From: Nemertoderma westbladi
Lineage: Eukaryota; Animalia; Xenacoelomorpha
DNA: 64,000 nt
Assembly: GCA_032718475.1 (NCBI GenBank)
Contig: JAUCBJ010006962.1
Coordinates: 62,001 to 126,000 of the forward strand
Direction of reading: 5' to 3'
Positions 60,621 through 64,000 of the stretch are shown here, piece after piece. Numbering within the stretch: position 1 is the stretch's first letter; each line of letters opens with the position of its first letter. The notes beneath the pieces are model-generated. The model ran no database searches, had not been told where the DNA came from, and saw only the letters and a program-made list of their open reading frames with translations. A program made the position numbers and the translations under genes.

Positions 60621-61860
60621 TTGATTTCTCTTCAACACAATTACAATCAAACCCTCATGGTTCAGAGTAGTAAACTTCGAGAACTTGTAGATGAGGCAGA
60701 CTCACTTCAAGATTCTAGGAATCTTACAATGCTATTTGATAAATTGCGAAATGTTCGGGTAAATTATCTGCGTGTATCTGCACTGTTTGATATACATAGA
60801 TCTAAGTTGAAGGATGAATTGATTGGTGAATCCGAATCGCAGATTGAAATTAGAGACGAAGAAGGTGAGTTAGAAGAATGGAGACGAGTCTTTATTGAAT
60901 CATTGGAGCTGTATTTATTAATTAAGAGGGTAGTTATTCCCGGACTACCATTACCAACCACTGCAAATATACAAGTTGCAGCCGTATTTGAAGGAAATAT
61001 TTGGAGAAGGAAGTCTGAAGAAAGCAGACAAAGACCTGTTAACTCAAGAAGAGCTCGATTTGTAGCAGCGAGATATCTATGGCATCATCTCAAATAGCAC
61101 GATTGTGTAGGTTGGAGTGTGACCAGGCTAGGCTCATTGCTGAGCAGAAGGAAACAGATCGTTCCCAATTAGCAGATCAACAGTTATCAGAAGAAGTAGA
61201 AGAGGTGTTAAACTTAACCCGAGATATGCAACAGATGAACTTGGAGGAAGTAAACCAACAGACTGCGGAAACGAATGCAAATCGGATTGAGCGTGAACGT
61301 GTATCAGAACTGGAGCACTTGCATATAGAAGCAGAGTTAGAAACTGTCCTTCGAGATCGCAAAGCAAATGAGAAGCGATTAGAACGAGAAGAAGAAATTG
61401 CACTCTTAAAGCGTGAAGATGAATGGGCTGAATGGTAACGTGTCACCAAATGCATTCAAGATGCATATTTATTGGAGCTGGACCGTTTAAGAGTAAAACG
61501 AGCTGCAGATGATGAGCGAGATCAGAATGCAGATAAATTAAGGCAAACAGAGCGGGAGAAGCTATTTGTGAGCAGATTCAATTCCGCCTCACCAACCCCC
61601 ATAAAGTGGGAAGTGGCGCCTTTAAGCAATATTGGGAAGTATGAGGTTGATTATCAATCAACCTCGTATCACCCCAATAAATGGGGACGACAAACCCCAA
61701 AGGGCCGCACACAATGAAGGTCAGAGGTTAAACCTCCAGGAGAGGGAAAGTGACAGTAGTGGGGGGGGGGGGGGGGGGAACACTCCCACAGAGGTGAGAG
61801 GCGAGAAGTGGGTAACTGGCCAATGAGAGCCAGAGTAGTGCATCCGCTGAGTGATAGGGC
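60621..61860 (+). pseudogene. Decayed coiled-coil, gag-like ORF
   Basis: Chain of frameshifted E/R/L-rich ORFs, compositionally like a BEL gag N-terminus. No diagnostic motif seen. Confidence 0.3.
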
Positions 61861-61863
61861 CAA

Positions 61864-62159
61864 TGTAGAGTAGAGATTAGATATATATTACCGGTTGGTG
61901 CCCATCAGAATTCAGTTTAATCAGTCACTTAGGGCAGTATGGTGACACTTTAAGACCGTCACTGCCGTCACCAATACATATTATCGTTACCGGTTAGTGC
62001 TTTCATCTATACTGACTGTGCTGTCATATCTTATATTCTATCAACGTACATATACCTTACTATCAATTATATTGGAAGAAAGACAAACAACTGCTTTCAC
62101 TCACACGGCGGGGACGCGTATATAAACCGAACTGGTCAGGATCCTGTGATTCCGTCACA
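61864..62159 (+). repeat. Candidate short LTR
   Basis: TGT...ACA-bounded segment ~55 nt upstream of a gag-like ATG. No partner in the window. Confidence 0.3.
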
Positions 62160-62214
62160 GTCTTAAAGTCACCCGAAGCCTAGACAACTGCGACCTCCAC
62201 CAATAGAAGTAAAG

Positions 62215-63612
62215 ATGAGCCAAGAAGGAGAGAGGACACCGCCGCGGACCCCGGACGACAACCTAACGATCCGCGAGGCCGCGACGCGACGGTATCGACC
62301 CATGACGCCGGGTTCGTCTACGATAGGCGATCCTGCGGCCCAGGCGGAGGGCGGCCTTCTACCACAACAAGGAACGAGCGAGTCGAGAGAAGGGAGAGAC
62401 GAGTCAACGCACGACAGTGGTCGAGGAACCGATGTTGCCGGCCAGCCACAGGCCGAGGGCGACGGACGGCCCACCGGAACGGCGATGGTTGGGCCGCCGG
62501 TACGATGCCGAACACGGAGAGAAAGAGGGGACGTCGGCGACGAGGACGTCGGAGTCAGCGACCAGTTGCAACGAGCCTACAACGCAACGAGGAGACAGCT
62601 AAAGGAAGCCAGGGAGGGAACAAAACTGGACCAGGTGGAACTAGAACAGCGACTAGGTGAGTCGAACAAACACTTTGATTATCTAGTTCGCTTTGGGCAA
62701 GGACAGTTGGCGGGTGAGAGAGTGAGAGAGACCGCCACCAAACTGTTCGAACTGTGGCAATCTAGGGGTATAGAACCTGGTGTAGTGTACATAGGGCCAT
62801 ATTTAATGGATGCCAGGGGAGTTAAGTTAGTGGGTTGGGCGGGGCCGCACGAGGGCGAATCCGAGGTTGACTCCGAGGATTCGGTCTCGTCGGTCAGCAA
62901 AAACCCCGGAAAGCGGGGGAAAGTTAGCAGGACAGAGAGGCGATGGGAGTCCGTCGTGACCGATAAGTCCGCTACATCCTCCGCGAAAGAAAGAAGGGTG
63001 TTAGAAATAGATCTGGCGTGTCAGCTGAGCATTGCGGCGCTAGATCAGAAAGAGTTAGAGAGACAACTGAGTGAGGGGACCGCATTATTAGAGAAGAGAG
63101 AGAGTTGCCAGGGAATGTAGAGAGAGGGCCGAGAGAGTGGCGAGAGAGCTGAGGATGCGAGGAACGGGAGGAGAATGAGAACGAGCGTAAAGAGTGGGAG
63201 ACGAGGTAGAGAACGAGCGTAAAGAGCGGAGACGAGGTAGAGAACGAGCGTAAGAGCGAGAGAGAGAGACGAGGAGTAAGAGCGAAGCGAGCGCGAGGCG
63301 AGGCGGCTTGAGAGGGTTGCGAGAGAGGCAGAGTTGGCCGAGCAGAGTTTACGAGAGGATAGAGAGAGAGAGAGAGAGGGAAAGCGTATGCGGGATGATA
63401 TGCATGCCCGGCTAAGGGGGCTTATGCAGTATCAGGCCAAGCAGAAGCGCCGACTAGAACTGGCGCAGTTGGGACTATCAGAGAGTGAGGCTGGCTCGGG
63501 TAGTGTTTACGAGGAGCCAGAAGTAGTGAAACGTTTGTTAATACCCCACTTACAGGCACCGGGCGAGAGAACCAGAACTGGTGTAGCCGTACGGGCGGGG
63601 GGGGGGGGGTAA
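62215..63612 (+). pseudogene. Probable retrotransposon gag N-terminus (disrupted)
   Basis: 301-aa ORF with DSVSSVS and an E/R-rich coiled coil, continuing through frameshifted GA-rich repeats. Confidence 0.4.
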
Positions 63613-64000
63613 TAATAATACGTTAGAAGAAATTAATATTAATAGTACCGTAGTAGATAACCCTAATCAAACTTTTATTGCAGGAAATATATTTTACCCG
63701 GTAATTTAAATTTAAATCAAATAATCTCAAATAATAATTCCAATTCAAATATTCAAAATAATCCGAACTAATAATTTAAATTCTAATATATATCCAAATA
63801 ATTCGAATAATAATTTAAATTTAGAAAATAATAATAATTCTAATTTAAATAATTTAAATAATAATATTGATAACGGGGCTATTAATACTAATGTAGACAC
63901 AGGTAGTCCGGCCAACGGGGCCTGCAAGGCCACGCAGTTAGTGCGCAGGGAGTAGCGGGGTGAGAGACCCCGACGGGGGCCTGGTAGGCCACGTAGTATA

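Overview
This is AT-rich eukaryotic (most likely invertebrate animal) DNA dominated by transposable elements, with one clear host-type gene. (1) A young 18.5-kb BEL/Pao LTR retrotransposon (2785-21325, minus strand) has 1921-bp LTRs, a 5-bp TSD and non-canonical TA...TA ends, and sits inside a decayed RTE LINE. Besides gag-pol it carries an extra ORF in the env position with a DEDDy-type 3'-5' exonuclease and CCHC knuckles. It also has a tRNA-like Pol III cassette in each LTR and ten same-orientation copies of an 18-nt near-palindromic motif, which occur in different reading frames and in UTRs. (2) A full-architecture PRDM9-like gene (KRAB-SSXRD-Zn knuckle-PR/SET-C2H2; 32485-27365, minus) has a single predicted coding intron. 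That intron is a TIR element whose asymmetric ends supply GT and AG (introner-like), and a short sibling copy lies just upstream. (3) An Ngaro/DIRS tyrosine-recombinase retrotransposon has three intact overlapping ORFs (39928-43827). The remainder is LINE fragments, MITEs, an IS3EU-like transposase relic, minisatellites, a foldback structure and decayed gag-like ORFs. All calls were made by eye from motifs, with no database searches.
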